Assembly (NCBI GenBank): GCA_020891255.1 | Contig: BQFW01000017.1 | Span: forward strand, 1 to 64,000 | Length of the DNA stretch: 64,000 bases | Direction: 5' to 3' | Source: Entomortierella parvispora E1425 | Taxonomy: Eukaryota > Fungi > Mortierellomycota | Notes under the pieces: generated by a model | What the model was told of the DNA's origin: nothing | The model's database searches: none | The model's input: only the letters and a program-made list of their open reading frames with translations | Made by a program: the position numbers and the translations under genes | Part shown: in pieces, positions 1 to 10,358 of the stretch | Position numbering within the stretch: the first letter of the stretch is position 1 | Layout: every line of letters starts with the position of its first letter

Positions 1-258
1 AATGACGAAGAGGAGCAAAGGATAGCCACAGGCGTAATGGATGAATGAATGGATGGATGGATGGACCAAAAGCGCTCTTGGGTTTACCCCAAATGTGACG
101 TCTTTTCCTTGCTGTCCTTCCCTTTCGGGCCTTGCATTAAAGATCGATTGATCCCGCTCGTCCGCTTGTCGCATTCGATCACTCTATCCATCCTCCCAGC
201 CAGACAGTCGTTCCGCCAGCCAGTCAGCTAGTCAGTCAATCATAGGCAGGATACAACC

Positions 259-2638
259 ATGCGCCAGTCCGCTGCTGACCTCAGTGTCAAAGCACCTCGC
301 ATGCTCAACATCCACCCGAGGCAGGATCGCTTCCAACGCAATCAACATGATCCCTAGAATCAATCGGATCGGTGCCACTCAAAGTCTGTGCACCTCTAGC
401 ATATGCTGTGCTTCCCAGCCTGCTCGCCGCAGGTCTCCAAAGATTTCAGCAAAGAAGGCTGAGACTGAGGCTGCGGAGGCTATGGAGACCAAAGTCATCG
501 ACTCGATCTCTCGAAATCTCATCAACGACCTCTATCAGACGAAGGCTGGGACCACCGCGGCGACCAGGGTCACCCTCGAGGATATTCTTGCGCTCAAGCC
601 CAACAAGAAGAGTGTCACGCCCGAGGAATTTGAAAAGATCAAGGACACCATCGCACGTTCTTTCAATGTTAATCAGCTTAAAGGAGTCCTTCGCCAACAG
701 AACCGACCCTCTGGAGGCAAAAAGTCCATCTTGATCAACCAGATCATGCTCTTTATGGATCTGGAGATCATTGTGCCCACTCCAAAGAAGGAGAAGATCG
801 TCGAGGACCCGTACTTTTCGGCTGAGGCAAACCACCAGTCCAGGATTTTCGCCTCCAACAAGCGGGAACTGTTCTTTATTCTGGAATCAGAAGGCGATTC
901 TTTGCGACAGTTGGAAAAGAGAAGCATGTCAGAATCTCGATCAATATTGCGGACGAGACTTACACGATTCGCGGAGAGTTGGAGGCCATTGAGGAAGCAA
1001 AAGTCGGATCCTGGAACTTGTCGCTGTGACCGAGGAAGCCTGGGATATCTCAATGTACAAGGACAGGGACGCTGTCGTAAGCAACCCCTCAGTTCTTGAG
1101 GAGATTGCCCGTCGGTCACGAACATTTGTGTCTGCAGGAGACTCCAACACACTTACGATTGCTGGGCGATCAAACAGGCATATGGAGGAAGCGAAGCGCA
1201 TGTTTGATCTGAAGATGCAAAAGGTAGGCAACGGTCTGACTAGCCAAGCTCTCGTAGGACGACTGAGCATCTCAACTAATTCTGTGCATCCTCGTTGCCC
1301 ACCTCATGTAGCCTGACCAGGATGTCCAAAATTTGACTTTTACACACCAAGAGGATGAATTTAAGCGACTCGGGATGTTTCCAGTCTTTGACTCTGCAAC
1401 CATGACATTAGATGAAAACCAAAAGTCTTTTCTTCGAGTCTGTCAGATCGAGCCTGTAAGTGTTTTGTTCTATGGAGTGGATACCGAATATGAATACTGG
1501 CACCTTGCCCTAACCGAACCATTTGTCATAGTTTGCTGACAGATCAGACGACAACCAGAGCTTTACACCTGTTCAGTCTACGCCAAGCAACATCAACAAT
1601 CTCTCGGGCTTGAAGTCCATTTACCAGGAAAGAGTTGGCGCATCCACCGATCGATTTGATCTTTCTGCACACTTTGGGCAGCTTTTATTCCAAAACAAAC
1701 TCCAGGAAATGACGTTGGTTCCATTACCAAAGTCCTTTGACGCAGACAACCTCGCTGAATGGCTTGAGAACGAGGATACCCCATCATTCTTTTCAAGGTA
1801 GGGGATATTGGTCACAAAGCAGTACTGGATACTCACAGGCATTTTCTTAGCACTCACCTATTTCTCCTCTTTTTCATCTAGTCTCCCATTCTACAAGGCA
1901 GTCTCAAAGTTGCCTTTAATTGGTCCAAAGCTCCGTACAATTGATGTGGAATACGTTCTTTCATCTCGGTCGTTATTGGCAACAGGAGCAAAGGAGGGTC
2001 CTATCCGCCTGACCCTTGAACTGGATAACGAGGGTACACTCTTGGCTCAAGGAGGTCAGTTGATTAACAAACGAGTATACTCCAACCTGATGATGCTTGG
2101 TCAGCCTACCGACATTCAGATTCGCGGAGAGTGGTCAAAGGACCTCGAACGGTCGAGTCCATCAGTCCAAAAGTTCATTGCCGAGACCTCGCTCCCTTTT
2201 CCAATAAGTTGCATTGCCCAGAATTCTTTTCATTCGAGAAAGAGCGACCCCTGTCTGGAGCTTCTGTGTCTGACGTGGGTCTCTCTGGCACTCATACCCT
2301 CAAAAGCATTTTATTCCGAACAAGTGGCGTTTTCAGTTATCATGGATTGCCATTGATCGCTTCTGAAGTTGGAGACCAGTACGGGTTGATCCGCAGACAA
2401 GAACTCAAGGTAGAGGCTCGATTTTTTTCTTCTTGATTTTCATCTATTTGGATGAATTTGTCAAACAGATTCTGACATGATTTCTTATTTTTAATAGCTC
2501 TTGCCCGTACCATTAAGTTCAAGTGCCTCGAGCGGTACTGAGCCTGTTCAAGAATCAGACTTGACATCATCATCCTCAAAACTAGAGCATTGGGACGACT
2601 TTACTACGCTGGCTCTCCAATTGAACAAATCCATCTAG
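259..2638 (+). CDS. Mitochondrial SLS1-like (KH-type, inner-membrane-bound regulator) protein; multi-exon, reading frame interrupted by several 1-bp homopolymer indels
   Basis: Removing one C near 264 gives a presequence-like N-terminus MRSPLLTSVSKHLACSTSTRGR. The coding-like frame runs 284-918 (LFFILESEGDSLRQLEK), continues after -1 shifts in A-runs at about 918 and 1002 (EKHVRISINIADETYTIRGELEAIEEAK / SRILELVAVTEEAWD), and shifts again near 2203. GT-AG introns lie near 1224-1320, 1456-1545, 1799-1897 and 2410-2498; the last exon ends LQLNKSI* at 2638. The family call is from recalled similarity only. Confidence 0.5.
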
Positions 2639-2751
2639 ACAAAGAGCATTGGCATATTGTTATTCCCTCATTAAAACCCTTGCATTCTCATTTTTCATTT
2701 TTCTTCTTCTTGCTGATATACAATTTATTGCGAAGGTTCGATCGGAGGAGA

Positions 2752-3587
2752 TTATGATATCTTGTGGTATAAGTTCCGTACGTCGGCAACGACAATGATG
2801 GTGGAGGCGATCAAGAGGACAACATTACCCAGGATAGAGTAAGCACATCCAAGATTGACGGTCCTGCTCGAGTTGAGGATGGTGAGATAGGAGGCACCAT
2901 AGTGAGTGATAATCACCCAAAGTATCCGAAGGTAGGATCGGTTCGAGAATCCTGTAAAGGAAATCATCATCCACACACAGTGATGAAACGTGAAGATGCA
3001 CACGGTAATGGCTAAAAAAAAAAAAAAAAAGAAAGAAAGTCAGATAGACTCGTCAGCCATGTCGCACAAACAGGGGGGACGATGCTGATACTATTCAAGC
3101 AAGACAAGAAGGCAGGGTGTTTGTTTGTACCAGAGATAAAGTAGAGTGAAATGCTCGGACATGACGGGCACATCAATACACCAGGTCCCAAAGACTCGAC
3201 GAGTTGAGTGATGTAGGAGATGATGCCAAACATCAGTCCGAATCCCATGCCTGCAGAAAACGCATATCCTGATCGATTGAATTTCGACTTTGGGTGCTTG
3301 GCCACCATGTTCAGACCACTCTCTGCTCGATTGATCAACAGGTAGAGGCACCACCGAAAGAGCTCCTGTAGCAGTACCGTATAGATAATTGTCGAGGTGA
3401 AGGTATTCCGGCTATTGGTCGCTAGAAACCAGATTGCTGAGGCGAGCAGTAGGGAGATGAGCCAGAAGAATGCGCTCGAGACCATAAGGATGACCAGCTG
3501 GGCGTTGGGCGCAATGTAGCCAAAGAAGATGGCCAGACTGGGGCCGTAGGCCGTGAGGGCACATCCAAAGAATGTGAGGAGAGTCAT
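2752..3587 (-). CDS. APH1: Gamma-secretase subunit APH-1 (2 exons)
   Basis: Typical APH-1 N-terminus MTLLTFFGCALTAYGPSLAIFF, VLLQELFRW, GxGFG motif (GMGFGLMFG), and conserved His residues in FHHCVW and ITHYGASYLT. One intron at about 3015-3129. Confidence 0.93.
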
Positions 3588-4490
3588 GGTGATGCCACAA
3601 TGACCGACGCCTGGTCGTGAGAGGGGAGACGGGAGGGCAAGAAGGCGGGATGCTGTAGGCTGTCCGTGAGAGTCCCGATCCTGAGCTGCGTTGTGTTGGT
3701 CCTTTGGTGGATGCTTGTGATGAAGAGAGGAAGAGCGATGCATGCATTCGCCCAGGGGGAAGAGAGCAAAGAGTCCAACCTCTGTTAATGCCACTGTTTC
3801 ATTTTACAGAATCACAGTTAATTTAACTGAAGCCGCGTCGCGTGTGGAGAGAGAGTGGGGAGGACTATCTCTGTGTTGTTGGTGAAGGTGGATCATCGGA
3901 CAACGATGGATCATCTTCTTGGATTACCTGCATCGTCTCCCTGCTATATCGGATCGACGCCAATTGAAGAATATTCGTGTCAGTCCTGGTCTCTCAGTTT
4001 TCCCCAATTTTCTCGTAACGGACTTCCCTTGGGGATGTTGGTCCCTGTCCCCATCGTTCCTTGTCTCATATTCATGCAGCAGCAGCAACGGCAGCAGTAA
4101 ACAGCGGGGCAAAGAACGTTCATCCGCATCGTAGATTGTGTGCAGAACGTGTGTCTTTTTGTGTCTAGATCAGGCGTAAATCGAATACTACGGACAAAAG
4201 AAAATTCAAATTGGACCATGCACTTCTTTTATCCTCAATCATCCCAAGGCAGTTTCTCAACAGAAAGACCGATCGAAACGAGTGTAGCGGGTGTGGCGGT
4301 ATAAAAGTCATAGTGGCTCCTCCCTCTCTTGCCCTTTTTCTCTTCCTTTCTTCTTCTTCATCCTGCACTCCAACCAAAACAACAACAGCAACAACAGCCC
4401 TCTTTTCTTTCCTCAGAAAACCAAACGCGTTCCCAAAAAAAAAATCACATACCCCCGCCTTCAAGCACTCAAAAAGCAAAGCAACAATCT

Positions 4491-5778
4491 ATGAAAATCA
4501 CGATTACTTCTGCCCTTCTCTGCTTGGCTGCCACCTCCCGCCGTCGCGGACCAGAAGGCTCAAATCCCCCAAAGGCTGAACTCTGACGCTGTCGATCACC
4601 GCCACCATGAAATCAATGCCGCAGAATTGGCCCAATATCGCCCGTTGGGTGTGATGCGCCATGAATACCAAGTTCAAACGAGCAGCAGCAGCAGTCACCG
4701 CGATCATCACTACGACGAGGAGGAGGATGACGGTAAGGATCATTCTCACCATCGCCACGACAACGACGAGGAGGATGATGACCATGAGGAGGATGATGAC
4801 CATGAGGAGAGGGACCATGATGATGACCATGAGGAGAAGGACGAAGAGGAGAAGCACCACAAGAGCCATCATGACGAGGAAGAGGACGATGATGAGCACG
4901 AAGGTGCCAAGAAGAAAGGCACTGACGACAAGAAGGACCACGAGGAGCATAAAACTAGCAAGAAAGGAGGACATTCCAAAGATGATGGCAAGAAGGACGA
5001 CAGTGAGAGGAAGGATGGCACTGGGAAGAAGGGAGGCGATGCTGACAGCAAGACTGTTGATGAAGTGAAGGACAAGAAGAAGGGTACCGAGACCTCCCCT
5101 GCATTGGCGGATGGGTCTTCCAAGACGACCAGCAAACCCGGACAGGCTACCATGCCCACGGCTGGCACGACCTCCAACACTGCGCCTTTATGGCTCGTGC
5201 AGCCTTTCGGTGCCTCTGTTTGGGAGCAGGGTAGGACTTACGTTATTAGCTGGGGACCCAACCCCGACCCCATCTTCACCGAGGGATTCAAGCCCAAGAC
5301 ACCCGTTAATGTCCACCTCATGCAAGGCCCCCACGACAACTTGCTTGAGGTTGCTGTTCTCAAGGCGGCTATGGACTCCTCATTGAATTCGTTGCAGTGG
5401 ACCGTGCCCGCAACTCTGGCTCCCTCAAAGGATTATTCTATCCGTCTGTCACACGAAGGCGATCTCGATACATATTCTCACTATTTCGAGGTCTCCGAGA
5501 AGGGTGATCCCCGATCCACAAAGTCCAACGTCGGCGAGCCTTTGCAAATGCCTCAAAAGACAGCAGATATGGGTACCACTCTTCCAAAAGGCGCGATTAA
5601 CAAGCCTGCTGCACCACCAAATCCCTTCCCTGCTGAGAAGACTGTGGCTGCGAAACCCGCGGTCACCAAGCCAGCAATGCATTCCTCGGCAAACTTGGGC
5701 GTGCCAGGTGAATCCCGTCAGGGTGCAAACATGATGGCTCTTGCCATGGCTCTCTTCGGTGCCGTTTACTTTTTGTAA
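4491..5778 (+). CDS. Secreted/GPI-anchored protein: His/Asp/Glu-rich N-terminal region plus Kre9/Knh1-like (Ser-Thr-rich GPI family) Ig-like domain; one extra C after the signal peptide
   Basis: ATG 4491 encodes signal peptide MKITITSALLCLAATS. Removing one C from CCC 4537-4539 joins it to ORF 4627-5778 (SAVADQKAQ...). Domain WLVQPFGASVWEQGRTYVISW...LQWTVPATL..SKDYSIRL...YSHYFEV; hydrophobic C-terminal tail MMALAMALFGAVYFL preceded by small residues. Confidence 0.75.
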
Positions 5779-6185
5779 ATGATCATCCTACACCCATGAA
5801 GACATTGAGGACGGTAATGATTCTTCCGCCTCTCCGTTTTGTATCAAGAATAACTCCTGACCGTCCAGTCTTTCACATGTATATTATAACCTCTGGCACT
5901 CTATTATTTTCCAGCCGAACAATAAAAGCGGCTTCACTTCCAAGTCCTTCGTTTCAAGAAGTTTTCATTTAAATTTGTTTCGCAGTAGGCGATTTGATTT
6001 GATCGTCTTTTTTTTGCCATTAGATCGTAAGGCAGGCTGGTATGCAGTGGAGATTGGAGTCGTCCCAGAGGGTAAGTCCAAGTACGTCGGGATGAGATGC
6101 TGTTGATATGCATTGCGTTGTCGAGGGTCGTTGCCATCCTGAATGAGGACTACAGCGAAAAATTGCCGTTTCACTGATGTCCAGT

Positions 6186-7039
6186 CTACTTCTTCTTCAA
6201 AAGCGAGGTCAAGATTATGGTGCCAATGGCTACGGCACTTCCTACAATGGCCATGCCAATATAACCCTCTAATTTTTTTTTAAAAAAAAAAGAAACCGAC
6301 GGGGGTAGGAAAAAGGAAGAAAAGAGTTAGTGACAACCATACACACCATTGATCCACAACTGCTCATAATGACACATGACGTTTACCCTTGGCGACACGG
6401 TCCTCAATCTCCTGGCGAAGGGCGTGTGCCTGAGAGTTGTTGGGCTCGAATTCCAGCAGCGACTCGTTAAACTTGCGAGCATCGTTGTAGTTGCCGAGCT
6501 TGAAATGACCCAGAGCAAGGTAAAAGAGGCACTCACGTCTCCTGTCCGGGACCTCGCGATAGATATCTATGGATTGCGAGGCAAGCACAAAGAAAGAGGG
6601 TGAGTTGGAAAGTCGTTCCCGAACAATTGAGCAGAAAAAGTGACATCGGTGTCCAACAGTTCCCGACGGATTAAACATGTCGACTCTTGGCAGTTTTGCT
6701 GTGCCTTTCTGAGCCGTACCTGTAAGAAGAAGGACTCCCTGGGTTTGCTCACGTCTGTTCTTGCTCTTGATCAAGCCCCAGGCGTAGTTGAAGCGGGTCT
6801 GCTCAGTGACATACTCGCCCTCTCTGATGTATTGCTTCTTCAGAACCTATAGGATACGCAAAGGGTATGACATTGGTTAAGAGAACTCGGTTGAATGACA
6901 GCATGGACAATAGACGCATGGGCACTTGGAATGTGGCTGAATCGATCCGACGCGACTTTGGCGAGTAATGTACCTCAAGCTGGCTGTCGGAGAGGCAGCT
7001 ATCGGCGTCTGCCATGCTAGGAAGGTTGTTATCGGTCAT
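6186..7039 (-). CDS. FIS1: Mitochondrial fission protein Fis1 (4 exons)
   Basis: QTRFNYAWGLIKS, RRRECLFYLALGHFKLGNY and tail anchor GYIGMAIVGSAVAIGTIILTSLLKKK*. The reconstructed introns are GT-AG. Confidence 0.96.
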
Positions 7040-7146
7040 GCTGAGGAAGAGGAAGAGATGAATGTAAACGGAAAGAGAAAAGCGAAGGAATAAAGCGGGC
7101 AGGATTGTCGACCATGCAGAGACATGGCGACAGAAAGAATAGTCGG

Positions 7147-7156
7147 GTCACGTGAT
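7147..7156. promoter_or_regulatory. E-box (GTCACGTGAT) in the FIS1/CBP4 divergent promoter
   Basis: CACGTG at 7149-7154, centred in a 244-bp head-to-head intergenic region. Confidence 0.4.
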
Positions 7157-7283
7157 CATCCCAAAAAGGAAACTTGCTCGGAGAGACGTCTTTGCTCTGC
7201 TGATCTGGCGCATCCATGCTGCCATTCGTCCTCCTCGTCTCTTCCTCTGCTCTTTACACCACACCACATTCACACCAGCAAAC

Positions 7284-7691
7284 ATGGGCAACTATCCTAA
7301 AGCATTCGCCGTCGGCTTTGGCATCGTCGGTCTCGGCTACGCTCTCATGGTCACAACTGTGCCAACAGAGGAGCAGCTGTACCAGGTGCGACTCGTAGAT
7401 TATTGACACACAAATGCAACCAATGCAAACAGAGATCCGAACCAGTCCATGCTTCCGGATGCAGCGCAACCGTGTGAATTTTCCTGGGCGACAAACTAAA
7501 ACTGAACGTGCATGCTGTTTTTGTGAAAATAGAAACTCTCCCCCGAGCTCAAGAAGCAGTACGAGGTAGTCAAGGCTGACCAAGCGCGCCGTGAGGCTTT
7601 CTCGGATGTGCTCAAGCGTGCCGCTGCTGACCCAGAGCCAATGTGGATCAAGAAGAAGACCCCTGCTCCGGAGTCACCAAAGGCTCAATAG
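7284..7691 (+). CDS. CBP4: Cytochrome bc1 assembly factor Cbp4-like (2 exons)
   Basis: MGNYPKAFAVGFGIVGLGYALMVTTVPTEEQLYQ|KLSPELKKQYE...AAADPEPMW: single N-terminal TM, then PTEEQL..LSPEL and PxW motifs typical of Cbp4. Confidence 0.75.
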
Positions 7692-9540
7692 ATCCAATTC
7701 TCTTATCCTTGCCCATCCAACCCCGGGCGCCTTGTACTTTAGTCTCTCCCTCATGCATTCTATTCAGTAAAAGCACGACGATCACGTCGGCAACAAAAAA
7801 AAAAAAAAAAACTTACAACGCGGCTTCCACTCCCTGTGCACGCAAATCAGATTCCTCAGACAACATGGGCTTCTCACCTTGTACATGTACATGTACACGT
7901 AACTCTATGGATAGCCCGTTTGCGAGAGAAAGGAGAGCGTAGGGTCATTGTTGTGGAAGTTTCATTTTCACTTGAGAGAGGAAGAGTTTGCAATACCCAC
8001 TTTGTTCACCTTCTTGAGAATTAGCATGCATCCTTTCCACGATCTGCGCCTATGTTTCCCCTCACGTCTTTGTTCTGCATTAGCCTTCACACATTTACAG
8101 CATCGGCCAAACCTTCAACTCACCACAGCTCGATATCACTATGAAGCGTGCATCACACGAGCGGCTTTCTATGGCACGTTGATAGCAGGAGCAGAAAGAA
8201 GCAGAGGAAGGAGAGGAGACGTCGTCCGGGTGGCAGCGCACTTGGTTACTTACGAATTTAGTTCTTTCCGATGTCGCCGTAAACCTCAAGTGCATGCTAA
8301 TATGCACGCAAACGTTCAATGATATTATGTCGGGGAAGGCCATGGTACTCCAATTAGTCTCTGTTGTCTCGACCTGCTGCTCGTCTGCAGTGCCTTCGAG
8401 AGTAATCGTTATTGGCGATATTCTCCGTTTTTCCTTTTCCTTCAAGCTTCTAGTACTCAGTCAGAGAGGCGGATGATATGCTGGGAGACAACATTTCTTG
8501 GAAGAGCAACAAGAAGTAGATGATCGACTTGGAGCACCTAGCAGTCGATCGGCAATGACAGGGCGAGACCTCTAGATTCGAGGGCAGAAGGTCATTACTC
8601 GCAGCTGGGCCCAGACTCTAGATCTCCACTCTCATTATCGCTGGCTGTGGTGTTGTACAGGTACAGTGTTGTTGTGAGACCGCAGTCTGCCTGTTGCACC
8701 CTAACTTCTACTGGAGTTTTGTTCATTCCATTGAGGTAACACAATGCGAAAGAAAACACGCGAGCGAGCGGAAAGCAACTGACATTCCTACAACCCCCAT
8801 AAACCTCACTAGCTCCATCTCTGGTCTGGAAAGCAAGATGAACCTTTCGCCGTTCCTCGTCTGGTCCCGAGTCAAAAGCTATCTGCGCAGAGCCTCTCTT
8901 GTTCTTTTTTCTTCTGTAGGACAATGCAGGTCCAGGGGCGACAGTTGCACAAAGAAACCCCGTCCACGTTGTTAAGAACTTGAGAAGGAGACTATTCAAA
9001 CGACGGTTTATACTTTTATAGGTTTACTCTGTGCAATGAGATGGGAAAAGCCTCAGGTTCGTGTACCTCTTGTGCCTTGCTGAGCAGTTAGGGTGGGGTT
9101 TTGCATGGGAAAAAATAAGGCAGCGGACATTAAGTGTCCCTGATGTGTTGCTCACCAAGAAAGAGATGCAAACTACTGTAGAGAGGATGCAGGATGGGTG
9201 GCGGGGATGAGAAACCACAGCGGGATGACTAAAAAAGGTAAAGGGTTCCAGGAATGGCGTCAGAATGGATCATGCCACAAAGGTATTAGAGGGCGTAATC
9301 AGAAAGAGGCGTGAGAGCGAAGGCCCTGTATTCATCTGGTGCGACAGTGATTATGATGGCAGCCAGAGGAGCCGCCTGCACAAGTTAAAAAGAAAAAGCC
9401 CTGCCTGCCAGCGTTGCCACGCGTCCTGTGGTGAAACACGACTTTACCCGATCCTGAACAAGACTTCTCAATTGACATAATCTACCTAATAAAGAGGAGT
9501 GGGTCGTCGTCTTTATTTTTTTTTCTCAGGGATCAAGGAG

Positions 9541-10025
9541 TTATCAGATTGAAAATTAGAAGTCCTTCATTTTCTGGTCCCGCAACATCCCGGGAACGGC
9601 GAATGGGGCTAATCAGATTGAAAGAAAGGGATGTCTGCAGTTTGTTGAGATGTGCAGTCGTCCCAGCGCGTGTCCCGGGTAAGTGAACAGGAACATGAGA
9701 GCCCGACATAGAAAGTTGACGCCAACGGTCAAAAAAAAAAAAAAAAAAAGAGACGCGGGTCCATTGGCGGAGTGAGTTTATCGTACTTCAGAAAACAAGG
9801 AAGGGTCTATCCCACGGGTTGCTTCAAAGTAGCCACCCAAGCTTGCTTCTGAGCAGTTATCAGATCGAAAGAGGCAGCATTCAAGCCCAGACAAGTGTAC
9901 TGTAATTCTTTAGCTCTATATCCCGGGTGAGGGTGAGGTTATCAGATCGAAAACGTGAAAGGTCCAGGCCTTGAGTTACGAAGAAGGCAGTTGTGAGGTC
10001 GAGGCATTTCACGAGGATCTGATAA
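9541..10025. promoter_or_regulatory. Cluster of iron-responsive GATA-repressor (SreA/Sre1/Fep1-type) sites, ATCWGATAA
   Basis: TTATCAGAT at 9541-9549, 9857-9865 and 9939-9947, ATCTGATAA at 10017-10025, and variant TAATCAGAT at 9610-9618. The four forward copies are followed by YGAAA. Confidence 0.8.
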
Positions 10026-10257
10026 CAAAATTACCTGGACACCGTGTTCTTGTTCCCCCGGTTCAAAGCTTTTTTAAACTCCATCGTCCTTGAACTCATT
10101 CCACCTGCAGTCTCATGGGATCAACGGCTAAACAAGAAGGGGTTGAGTCAATTGCTACCACCAATGGTGATTTGCAACTGGCTGTCTCTTGCGAATGGTT
10201 CCCGTAAACGATCCTTTGATCGTTGGTCAACAGCGATGAGGAGCCCATAAAAAAACC

Positions 10258-10264
10258 TATATAA
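10258..10264 (+). promoter_or_regulatory. TATA box of the small secreted protein gene
   Basis: TATATAA about 95 bp upstream of ATG 10359, followed by a CT-rich tract typical of fungal start regions. Confidence 0.6.
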
Positions 10265-10358
10265 GCAGCCTCGCCAATGCCTCATTTTCTTGTCCTCCAT
10301 CCTCTTCCACTCTTCCATTTCTCAACAACCCAACCCAACCCACCCAGCTCTCACCGCA

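Noticed and set aside
905-1005. Programmed ribosomal frameshifting in the SLS1-like gene
   Set aside because: Four or more shifts of mixed sign, no canonical slippery heptamer with downstream structure, and all in short homopolymers.
3588-3794. In-frame 69-aa N-terminal extension of APH-1
   Set aside because: APH-1 homologues start at the MTL..FFG Met; the extension looks like CT-rich 5' UTR.
4504-4974. Hydrophobic antisense ORF resembling a membrane protein
   Set aside because: Reverse complement of the GAC/GAG/CAC-rich His/acid tract.
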